From: Lingula anatina
Taxonomy: Eukaryota > Animalia > Brachiopoda
Direction: 5' to 3'
DNA: 64,000 nt
NCBI GenBank assembly: GCA_051362555.1
Contig: CM120647.1
Location: 4,154,001-4,218,000 of the forward strand
Position 1 is the stretch's first letter. The number at the start of each line of letters is the position of its first letter. A program made the position numbers and the translations under genes. Below the pieces are notes generated by a model, which saw only the letters and a list, made by a program, of their open reading frames with translations, did not search any database and was not told the origin of the DNA. This document shows positions 53,071 through 64,000 of this stretch, in pieces.

Positions 53071-54469
53071 AGTTCTATGAAATATATAAACCGCATATCC
53101 CAAAATACTACGTAACGTGAAAGGTAAACACAGCGCGAAACATCAACTAACGTAACAATGATATTACGTCATAAGTGCGGGATTATCTTGTCATCACGTT
53201 GGATTATCCAGTGTGTTAACGGTATATTCCACAATAAGGCGTTATGAGTTAAGAAATAAAATTGAAAAAATGTATAGCATCTGTACATTACTAGCGCTAG
53301 GTCTGCTTATTTTGTGAGTTTATAGAATTTCTTAGTGTGTATGTGTGTGCCCTTGTTGTATATTGGTGAAATGCAATAACAAATTTTAACTCTCCGTGCA
53401 ACATTGCACATATAATAATTACAGCGGACAGGTATTTATTTCAACGAGCGTTTGGATTAAATCATAGGATTACAATAAATGAAGTATCTGTTTGACAGAG
53501 TGATCAATGAAACCATTGTGTGGGTTCTGTTTGTAAATACATATTTTTAATTCGCAATTTTCGTACTGTTATTTTGTAACACACACAATAATAGTCCCCC
53601 ACCTGATATGCATAAAAGCGTTTAGAAAAGCTCTTTCCTTCAATATGTGATGTGGCCAAACAATTTTCACGGTGCATTAAGATAAACAGTAAAAGAATAT
53701 CCACAATAAATTCGGCAACCGAGAGGTGCGGCAACATATAGATAATTGCGGTAGTATTTATGCCGAAACATCAAAATGAATAGCCCCGCCGTTCGAGCTT
53801 TTAATCAGATTCAGATCAGATTAACCAATCAAAGCAACGGAAAGGGGGTCACGTCACCTTCCCACCAGGCCATGCCATGTAAACAAAGCAGCATGGTCGG
53901 CTGTAATGAAGAGTCTGAGGAGGGAGACGCGAAATCTTCGCCACATTCTCATCTTTCGTGTTGCATGCACATAGAAGAAGGTAGCTAATTAAGAGACTCT
54001 AGATACCATCACACGTGTTCGCTGGGAAACTTTTAGAGTCGCAGCGAAACAATGGCTGAAATTTGGCAGCAGAGAAGCCGCTGCTGTTCAGTGGATCCGT
54101 ACAGTACGGATTTAGATAAGGATTCGACGATTTGGAAGCCAAACCACGATGTCACTTTTCTTGCTACAGAAAGCTAATTAACAAGAAGGGGCTATCTCAG
54201 GCGGCAAAGAAGTTTGAGAAAGCTGAGAAACAAGGCAGTCCTGCTGAAGAAGGTATGTCAACATATTGTAATTTGTTTTTAAGTCAGCCCCGATCGTGTG
54301 ATGTTTACATTGTAAGTGGCTGATGTTACATATCAATATGTGACTGATAAAAGTGATATGAAAGAAAGAAAATAAGAAAATGATAAAAAAGTTTATTAGT
54401 GTTATTATTATTTTATTTGTAAATACTTAAAGGTTTTAAGATATGAAACAACTCCTCTCTGTTGAATAA

Positions 54470-54666
54470 GACCCCATTTCCAGAGATTAGATAGATCTAC
54501 TTTAGGGGTTCACGCTAAACAGCTGTCAGTGGGGCGGACACGAAAGTTAAATACCCCCTTACAGCTTGTAGTAGGCGGGACGGACATTTAAGCCGGATTA
54601 TCTGACAGTAATCTAGTTAGACTCCCCGCGGGGACAGATCAATCTAAAAGCTCTGGGAATACAGCC
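54470..54666. mobile_element. MITE family A nested in the Academ-like element
   Basis: gaccccatttccagag...ctctgggaatacagcc flanked by taa on both sides. Confidence 0.75.
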
Positions 54667-55984
54667 TAAGCTAGCTGTATGTTCTTGCCATGATTAACAT
54701 CTCATTATTAGTTCATCCATATTTATCATAATTAGCATTGCATTTACACAAAATAATGTAAGGCTTCACACAACAAGATATACAAACAAATGTTATGGTG
54801 GGATTTTATGAGACAGAGGCTTAAGTATCATGGTAGAATCTTTTCTGTTATTTGTGGAGTGTTCCTCCCCCCCAATACATTGCTGCACATGTGCAACCAT
54901 TAGTGAATATAAATATGTATAGGCTAAGCCCAACTTCAATGAGAATGTATTTTAAGGAATATTTACTGTATCTTGTGAGCCAGAAAAAGTAGGATAGCTT
55001 TTCACAGAACAAGCTGCAATGTGATTAATTTAATTAGGACTGTTAGGAATAATCCTTGTAACTTTCCCTTATGAATAGAATCAGTAAAGTTATACATAAA
55101 TAGTATCAATAAAGAAATACGTTGACAAACAGTATCAATTAAGGAATAATGATAATGAGTAGGGTGACTGGTAGATATAGTTCAGTTTAAAGAGAAGAGT
55201 CACTTTTATTCAAGGCATCTGATATTAATCTGGGCAGCAGAATGCTAGTGGGCTCCCTATTAATTATTAGATCTTTAAGCTTGATTAATTTGTCTTAGTT
55301 GCAACAAATATTAAACAGTGGGTCTCATTTGCCTATAGTTTGTTACAGCTTAGTTCCTCATAAAAGGAACATGCTGAGCCACTAATACATTGAATCCTAT
55401 ACCTACCCTATGCCCTTTGAATCATGAGGATATATGTAATTATAGTTGTCAATATCACTTGGTGTCAATCATGTGATAAACTCACATGCGACTGTCTTAT
55501 CTTATTTCATTATTATTCATTTATTTTATAGTTAAATCATAGTGATTGTATATACAATTGCACTTGCAACAATCAAGGATTTGCGGTCTGCTCTGTATTT
55601 GCTAAATCATTTGTGTATCCAGGTATCCAGATGTTTTTATTTGAAATATGTATTCTATGTTGTCTTTTTATTTATACAGGGCAACTGTTTTTATAACTGA
55701 ATTTTGAGCACATTACTATTTTTACATATCTTTGTTACACCCACTTGAATATTTATCCAACGTTAAAGTTGTTTCTGTAGTAGTCAGTATCTGCACATTA
55801 TAATGCACTAATATATATGGTATGAAAAGTAAAATGTTATTTTGCTTCTTTTACAGAACCATCAACCAGTTGTACTCTTCCCAAAATACAAGGTCCATCT
55901 CCCAAGAAATTGAGATCAGTCTCAGGGTTTGGTATATCAAAGTCACCAGTGCTGCCAGCTATCTGCACTATTTGTAAAAAAAAA

Positions 55985-56330
55985 GTTGTGGTCACTTAGT
56001 CTAATTTTTGCAAGTGTTTTGATATTTAATGGGGAGACACTCATTTTGATGTAATTTTCACATTCATAATATTTTTTTATTGTTTTGTATGTCCTTAATT
56101 TGTTTGAGATTGAGCTATTTAATTCCTGCCAGAAGTGTTTTTCGATTTTTATGTTCAATATTTCCAAAAGGTTTTCTATTTGATATAATTTCTTTGGTGG
56201 GTTGTTATCTTCGGATAGATTCTGTCCATGTGTTTCCCTTTGTATCTTGCTCAAGACTGTGCACCTGATTTACAGTTCTATTATCTACTAGTAGTTGTTC
56301 CAGTCTAAGACTAATCTTTAGACAGGTTTA
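55985..56330 (-). mobile_element. LINE ORF2 C-terminal fragment
   Basis: NKLRTYKTIKKYYECENYI...LAKIRLSDHN resembles the post-RT tail of invertebrate LINEs. Confidence 0.6.
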
Positions 56331-57625
56331 GTTATAATTGAAATAATAGGGTAACTGCCAAGCTCAGCTCTAAAAAAATGGTATTGCTAGCCTGCTTTCT
56401 TAGACCTAAAATCCATTTGCAAAATTTTAAGTGTACCTGTTCGAATGGCATTTTATTAATCTTTTTCAGATATGCACAAGAAATGTAGAAAGTTATAATT
56501 TCACAGTTTAAATAATTAAGTTGGAAAAAATATAATATATATCATAAAAGCCTTGTTAAATGTGAGCTGTTATTTCTTTTAATATGCTGTTGTTACTAGA
56601 CAATGCTGCAATTAATTGCAATAATCAAACTTCTTTAAAAATTGTACCTCTGCAATTTAAAGATAAACTTGAACATAAAAAACTCAATTATTCTACCTAG
56701 TGAAGCACTTACATATTTTTGAAATAATTTTTTGAGCACTTGCCAGCTTCATAAACAGACAGCCCACATGAATACCTATGTAGTTTGTACTATTTATCAG
56801 TGTAAAATATTGAGTCAAATAATTTTAAGTGATTATATGCGCTTTAACACACCTGAGAATTTAAAATGCATTCAATGTAACATTACTGAACATACATGCA
56901 AGTGATTATATCATCACTATATTGGGTAATAGTGTGACCTGTGTGCGATTGTAGAAGTGGTACAATGCACAGTGTACGGGCTATACTACATACCTTTTAA
57001 CCGTGAATTCACGTCATCATTTAGCCAATTATATAAATACACCTAAAATACACGTATTCTCCAACTATTTAAATCTTTCTCTCGATATTGACATCGATTT
57101 TAAAAACCTAGGACTTATTTTTTTTATTGAAACAACGCATGGGAATCATCTATTAAATGTGCAAGCTTCGCATGGAAATTCATTGTTTACATCGATGAGA
57201 TGTAGGTCAAGTGATCACGTGACCCCTTTCCGTTGCTTTGATTGGTTTAAAGGGTAGAACGGCAGCACTTGGAACTACTCGGATGTCTCCGCACTCGACA
57301 GTCGAGGATTGCCGATTGGAACGGCAGGGCTATTCATTTTGATATTTCGGCATAAATACCATCGCAATTATCTATATGTTGGCGCATCCTACGGTTGCCG
57401 AATTTATTGTGGGTATTTTTTAACTGTTTATCTTCATGGCACCGTGAAAATTGTCTGGCCACTGGAGCTTTTCACACAATGAAACGATAGACCAGTGTAG
57501 GTAAGGGACTATAAGTGCCCATACCCAGTCTATTTAGAGGAGACGCTTATTCATTAGTATGGTAATTTGTTAAGGGCAACGTTGAAGACACTAACTTCTG
57601 AGGTTGTTTCAAAAGAAAGAACGAA

Positions 57626-57697
57626 AGGTTCTACCGAGACTTGAACTCGGATCGCTGGATTCAAAGTCCAGAGTGCTAACCATTACACCATAGAACC
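57626..57697 (-). tRNA. tRNA-Gln(TTG)
   Basis: Canonical 72 nt, loop ctTTGaa. Confidence 0.95.
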
Positions 57698-58006
57698 AAT
57701 TATACACACATTTCATATTATTTTAACCATAGGGAAAATGAACGACTGTTTAATATCATACTATATTAAATGCTACCACAATTAACATGTATTGCTGAAT
57801 ATGAAACAATCACTGACTAACACACAATTGTAAACAGACACACACACTCGATTAAATGTAGACAATATTGCCAAGAGATAGTTACTAATTCGGGTCGGGA
57901 TGGGCGAAATTTAGTCAATGATTTGAAAATGCAAATTTTATTTGGTAATAGAGGAAAAAGTGCTTTGGCGAAGAATCATAATTGAATAAATTTGACAATT
58001 ATCTTT

Positions 58007-58220
58007 GACTGCATTCCCACAAACTTTAGATCGATCTATCCCCGTGGGGAGTCTCACTAGATTCATGTCAGCTTAGCCGGCTTAAATGTCTGTCCCGCCT
58101 ACTAAAAGCTGTAAGGGGGTAATTAACTTCCGTGCGCGCTCGGCTGACAGCAATTTAGCGTGAGCCCCAGGGAGTTAGGTCGATCCAGCTGGATCGATCT
58201 AAATCTGTGGGAATGCAGTC
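58007..58220. mobile_element. MITE family A, inverted copy
   Basis: gactgcattcccaca / tgtgggaatgcagtc perfect 15-bp TIR. Confidence 0.8.
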
Positions 58221-58393
58221 TTTAAGGTAATGCAAAACTATAGAAAGCGCGATCAGTATCTGTACATTGCCGTCTAGTGTAAAAGGGGCTTTAAATTCCC
58301 ATGTATTTTGTACACATAGTTGGATACTGTGTCACAATGAACATATACTGGAAGAGGGGGTGGGGGGGGAGGAATATTTAAAAAAAAAAAAAG

Positions 58394-58465
58394 AGGTTCT
58401 ACCGAGATTTGAACTCGGATCGCTGGATTCAGAGTCCAGAGTGCTAACCATTACACCATAGAACC
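58394..58465 (-). tRNA. tRNA-Gln(CTG)
   Basis: Canonical 72 nt followed by a long T-run on the minus strand (A-run 58380-58392). Confidence 0.95.
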
Positions 58466-59849
58466 ACATGTAGTATATGTTTTGTTAAAATCTCGCCGTG
58501 AACACACGTCTGATTTCTATCGTTTGATTTTAAATGCTACGTCAATTTTAGATGAAACATGTAACCGCGTATCCCGGAATATAACGCACACACAGACACA
58601 CACACACTCGCACACAAACAATGAAATATCAAATACATACTCCACGTAATCATGCATTTTTGTTATTTTATTGGAGACGTTCTGCCATTCTTTTCACGAT
58701 TCTCTAAGACATTTACTTCATTTACTGACTCTGATACCTCCACGTCTAACCCTTACCTGTGGAAACCTTATGGAACCTCAGTCTTTAATTCCTAGGACTA
58801 CCATTTCTGTCATAGATTTTTTTTTTCGCGTGAAATCAAGGTTCACTTTCTTCATACGCGGGATAAATGGTCATTTTTTTCTACAGGTATTAGAGTGGTG
58901 AAATTACTGGAAAAACCTGTCAAATAGTATGTATTGAACTGGCCAAATGTATGTTAATACTATATAATGAATAATTTTCGATAAAAAGTATTTGCAGATA
59001 TAAAGAGATATTTTTGTTAGTTTTTGCTAGAAAGTAACCAATAAAGATAGCAAGGATGATGTTAGCTTTCAAAACCGATATTTTGCAAATCAAATAGAAA
59101 ATATAGCAATGTTTCGTCTTTTACCGAGTGTTTGCACACCGGAAACCGCCATTGTCTGCTGAACAATGAGCCAATCCCTACGTGACGCGAAACGTAAACA
59201 TGGCGCAAAACGTCATCTAGCAATATGACGTCATAAATGCGGGATTACCGCGTAGCCGTTGTCATAACGTTGGATTAAGCAGTGTTTTCATGTTAAACAG
59301 TATATTCCACAAGAAGTTGTTATCAGTTAAGAAACAAGAAATGTTTCGTATGTGTAGATTACAAGCACTAGATCTTCGGGTGAAAAAGTCCAATTATTTG
59401 GTGAGTTTATAGAATTTCTTGAATTCTTATCAGTTTCCGTTTTCTTTCTCTTCTCGTGTTTGTGTGTGTGTTTGTATATGTGTGTGAGTGCCCTTGCTCT
59501 ATAATGTTGAATTGCATAAACAAACGTTACCTCTTCGCTCAAAATGGCACATAAGTTTCAAGTGTTTGCAGTGGACAGGTACATGTATTTATTTCAGTGC
59601 ACATTTAGAATAAAATCATTAGATTACAATAAATGAAATATTTGTTTCACAGAGGATTCATTGACACTATCTTGTGGTCTTTATTTCGTGGTTTAGATGA
59701 AATTTTAAATACAGATTTTTTTCGTATAGTAATTTTTTAACACACATGCAATATACCCATACCAAGTTTATATAGAGAGGCCACTTGTGTTATGGGCAAC
59801 GTTGAACGGCACCTAAAAGCTCTGCGGTTGTTTTGAAAGAAAGAACGAA

Positions 59850-59912
59850 AGGTTCTACCGAGATTTGAACTCGGATTCAAATTCAAAGTGCTAACCATTA
59901 CACCATACAGCC
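59850..59912 (-). pseudogene. tRNA-Gln(TTG)-derived pseudogene
   Basis: 8-nt deletion across anticodon stem/variable loop plus substitutions. Confidence 0.8.
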
Positions 59913-60309
59913 AGATATCAGAATTACTCATTATACCCACTTTTATATCATTATAACCTGTAAGGGACGCCCCGGTGGCGCCCCGTCGCATGTCCCACGC
60001 CCCTAGGATGTCGCGGCGCCCCTTAGCATGTGCCCCGCCCCTATGATGTCGCGGCGCCCGCGCCTAGACTAGAAAGACTTATTATAAGGTCGTATTTAAA
60101 TGAGACATTAAGGTAGATATAAAGAGAACAGGTGGTGGTTAGAGAGGAGGACTTAGGCAGTGGGAATAAAGCTGTTTGGAAATCCACGACTCTTGTTGCT
60201 AACTTCTTCTCCATCTGTGAACCTAAAATCGAACCTTACACACACACGCGCGCGCATATACACCATGATAATCTGGTGGGGATGCAAACGCAACTCTTCC
60301 CCTTCCGGG

Positions 60310-60341
<32 letters not shown>

Positions 60342-60364
60342 CGAGGAATAAAAGCAAAAAGGAG

Positions 60365-60428
60365 AGGTTCTACCGAGATTTGAACTCGGATCGCTGGATT
60401 CAGAGTCCAGAGTGCTAACCATAGAACC
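60365..60428 (-). pseudogene. tRNA-Gln(CTG) pseudogene lacking 8 nt of D arm/A box
   Basis: gctaacc|atagaacc: attacacc deleted, remainder identical to intact copies. Confidence 0.85.
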
Positions 60429-60768
60429 ACATATATCATGTTTATTTTATTATAATCACGGGATGCATACATGGCTGTTTTATATCGTTTAATATAAAAT
60501 GCTACGTTATGTTACTGCATATCCTTGAATATAACGCACGCACAGACAGACACTCTCGCACGCACATATTTAATTTAAATATTAAATCCATATAATCTTG
60601 CATTTTTTTTTTATTGGAGACTTTCTACCATTCTTGTCTCGAGTTGCTAAGAACCATAGTCCTTTTTTATTATTATATACAGCTGGCATTTACCGTACCC
60701 TATATACTGACCCTGATACCTGCGTCTAACCCTTACCTGTGCAATAACCTTATGGAGCCTCATTCGAA

Positions 60769-60841
<73 letters not shown>

Positions 60842-60848
60842 CTGCTTT

Positions 60849-61088
60849 TTACCTCCGCCAAGGAGGTTATGTTTTCACCCCTGTTTGTTTGTTTGTCTGT
60901 CTGTCATCAACATAGCTCAAAAAGTTATGGATGAATTTCGATGGAATTTTCAGGGTAGGTCAGAAATGGGTAAACTTAGAAGTGATTAGTTTTTGGTGTG
61001 GATCTGGATCAATAATCAATCAATAATCAGTAATAATAATAAATTACTGCCTTGGCGGAGGTCTGCGCTCTCGGAGTGCTTTTCTGGT
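60849..61088 (+). mobile_element. HINE/DINE-like element
   Basis: acctccgccaagg (60851-63) / ccttggcggaggt (61050-62). Confidence 0.8.
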
Positions 61089-61111
61089 CTATCAGTATGG
61101 CAATGTTAATA

Positions 61112-61320
61112 CCCCCTTTACACTGGACGGCGTCCTTACTGCGACCATGAAATTTGTCATCGCTGTGGTCTTAATAAGGAGGCACGAGCATTGATTTGGT
61201 ATCAGAATGAATGCTCAATGATCGGCCAGTTGTCGGCACGTAAAGTATTATAATTCTTTAACTCTCAAATGGGGCCGAACTGCTGGACGCAGAAGGGACG
61301 CCGTCCAGTGTAAAGGGGGC
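61112..61320. mobile_element. MITE family B
   Basis: Near-identical to 37812-38030. Confidence 0.85.
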
Positions 61321-61368
61321 TTAAGCAACAATTTTACTTCCTCGATTGTTTTCAAAAGGAAAAATGAA

Positions 61369-61440
61369 AGGTTCTACCGAGATTTGAACTCGGATCGCTG
61401 GATTCAAAGTCCAGAGTGCTAACCATTACACCATAGAACC
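61369..61440 (-). tRNA. tRNA-Gln(TTG)
   Basis: Canonical 72 nt; T-runs downstream. Confidence 0.95.
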
Positions 61441-61612
61441 ACTTATTTAAGAAAGCTATATATCATTATAATGACAGGAAGGACGCGTGGCTGCTTTTTA
61501 TCGTTTGATCTTGAATGCTACGCCAATTAACATGTATTGCTGAATAGAACACACTCATTCACTAACACATACACATTTGAGCAAATGTAGACATATTTAC
61601 AAAGAGATATGA

Positions 61613-61780
61613 CAGGCCCGTAGCCAGGGGGGGTTCGGGGGGTTCGAAAGAACCGCCCCTTTTGGTGGGAAAAGGTCCACTCTGGGTAAAATTTGATCTA
61701 GGTACATAAAGTTTTTATGGAAAAAGGTCCACTTTTTCAGAAAAAGAACCCCCCTTTTGAAATTGCTGGCTACGGGCCTG
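61613..61780. mobile_element. MITE, 15-bp TIR, 5-bp TSD
   Basis: caggcccgtagccag / ctggctacgggcctg; TSD tatga at 61608-12 and 61781-85. Confidence 0.85.
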
Positions 61781-62145
61781 TATGAAGACTCCGCATAAAA
61801 TCTCTCTCTCTCTCTCATACACACACACGCCACACGCGGGCTCATTTTTACCATGATAATCTGGTAGGGATGCAATTGCAACTCGCTCCTGCTCATTGCT
61901 GCTCCACCCTCCCATTTTCCAAGTCAGGAACTCATTTCTTAACACGACAATGGCGTTCTCGGCGATGCATAAATGTTTTTTTGTGCGACCTTTGCGGTCA
62001 CCGTGCGTTCTTTGACCGTCCAACGGCGACCTGTCACACAAAGGAGGCACAGCACACCGGCCAATGTTACGTGGTTTATGTGCCAGTGGATTTTGTACAC
62101 ATGGTTAGATAATGTTCCACAGTGGTTGGATAATGTGCCACAGTA

Positions 62146-62229
<84 letters not shown>

Positions 62230-62267
62230 GTGGTGGTGGAGGAGGAGGGGAGGAAAAAAAAAAAGAC

Positions 62268-62339
62268 AGATTCTACCGAGATTTGAACTCGGATCGCTGG
62301 ATTCAGAGTCCAGAGTGCGAACCATTACACCATAGAACC
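62268..62339 (-). tRNA. tRNA-Gln(CTG) variant (G2:U71 pair, D-loop A>C)
   Basis: 72 nt with two substitutions; T-run downstream. Confidence 0.8.
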
Positions 62340-63761
62340 ACGTATAACCAATAACATATCATTATAATCACACGGAAAATGAAACGCTGCTTAATATCGT
62401 TTGATCTTAAATGCTACTACAATTAACATGTATTGCTGAATATAACACACTCACTCACTATCTCACACACGCACACAGGGGCGAATTCAGGATTTTTTGA
62501 AGGGGGTGGGGGTCCGCGGTTGCGATGTCGACCCCCCCCCCTTGGCGTGGGGTCCAGGGCCCAATAAAGGGGTCGAAAATATTGGTATTTTAGAGGACGA
62601 ACTGTGCCACTTGGTACGGTTTAGAACTATGATTCAGAAGAAAAATAGTGTGATCTTTTCTTCAGACCCCCCCCCCAAATCCGCCACTGTGTTATGCTGG
62701 GAAAGTTAAGCCTGCCCGGAACGTTCCTAGTTAAATGATTTCAGATGCTGTTATTTAAATTTTGATTTACACTTTGTTTGCGCTCGACTTCACCTGTCAC
62801 GTTACAGAGCACGATAAGAGCCAAACGGTTCACAAATTGAGTGATTTTAGTTGGTAGTAGTCTTTGCCATTTCAACGCCCACAGTGGAGTTTCCCTGGGT
62901 ACTGTATAAATGTATGTACAGTCTTGATAAGCAAGGCCAAAGGGGGGGGGGGGGGGCATAGAAATAAAGCGCATGATTCTGTAAAGCAACAGCGGCAGTG
63001 TGGCTTTTGAAACAAATTCTTTTCTTGTTGTTAATTCCAACGAGCAGAAAGCATTTTTTAGATGCAAGAGCAGTTTGACATGCATGACGCCATGCCGGGT
63101 AAGGCACTGATTCAGTTCAGTTTTGATCTGTTGCGTAGTTGGTAAAGGATAGAGATCATTGACCATCCCCGACAAAGTATCTTTTTAAAGACTTTAAAGC
63201 AAAGAGAAAAAAAATATAATTGACGACGCAGATTTTATGATAATGACGAGCAATAAGTTGTTGTCAAAATCGTTTACTAATTCTTAACTATATCGGATTT
63301 TTATGCAAAAGGCAATTTGCCGGGACCCACGGAGCCTGAATTCGTTTTCGCTTGCGGGTCCAGCTCGTTGCTGTGGTGATGCGACATGGGTCATCTGCGA
63401 TTTGAATTCGTGACTTGCAGTTACCATTGTTTGCTCATGTACTTTTTTGGAACCAAGCACGCTACCGACTGCGCCGTTAATGATCCACCCACACTCCCTA
63501 CGTACGAGTTTCCTCTTATAGTAATCAAACGCAATTTTTAGAAATTATTTCGATCAAAAAGAAACATTGGAAATCTTAGGATTCGAACCCACGTTGAAGT
63601 GTCTAGCTGTGTCCAAGACGGCGAAGTTACCACAGAGACACAGAAGCTTCGCTGAAAAGTTACGGATCAAATGGAAACTTTCTACTTTCTCACAGAGAGG
63701 GACAGTTGGGCTGTACATATACATGTATTAATCTGCCATAACAATCAATAGGCCATGAGCC

Positions 63762-63837
<76 letters not shown>

Positions 63838-63961
63838 CACCCCGCGCATCGCCAGTCTGCGAACATGGCATTATCATCAATAATTAAAACCGCATGTCCC
63901 TGAATATGACACACAAAGACAGACACACTCGCACACACACAAACACACACGCACACGCACG

Positions 63962-64000
<39 letters not shown>

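Larger units (their letters stand above)
53592..57511 (+). mobile_element. Academ-like DNA transposon, decayed, long imperfect TIRs
   Basis: TAGTCCC...GGGACTA termini, 3-bp TSD taa (53589-91, 57512-14), ~200-bp inverted homology (53650-53860 vs 57205-57462); spliced coding remnants at ~53875-54252 (CHFSCYRKL) and 55857-55985 (KKLRS...VLPAICTIC). Superfamily inferred from termini and TSD. Confidence 0.75.

Noticed and set aside
63570-63600. ggattcgaaccc B-box-like word
   Set aside because: No cloverleaf or matching A box seen; at most a SINE relic.

Overview
Eukaryotic, AT-rich, intron-containing invertebrate DNA (probably lophotrochozoan/mollusc; inferred from gene families and repeats, not proven). 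Left to right: (1) 3-kb terminal exon of a GRL101-like receptor (C-type-lectin tail, ~6 LDLa, LRRs, atypical 7TM); (2) repeat-rich spacer with a Tc1 derivative, a 646-bp tandem repeat and a young 5'-truncated L1/Tx1-like LINE with a 17-bp TSD; (3) a tandem duplication (~13.3-27.7 kb and ~27.7-36.5 kb), each unit holding a 4-exon secreted PAN/Apple+jacalin-like lectin gene (- strand) head-to-head with exon 1 of an SLC22 transporter; (4) the full 9-exon SLC22 gene (35828-46483); (5) ten minus-strand tRNA-Gln genes/pseudogenes (TTG, CTG, one decayed CTA copy) among nested DNA transposons. All coordinates and counts were read by eye; no searches were run.
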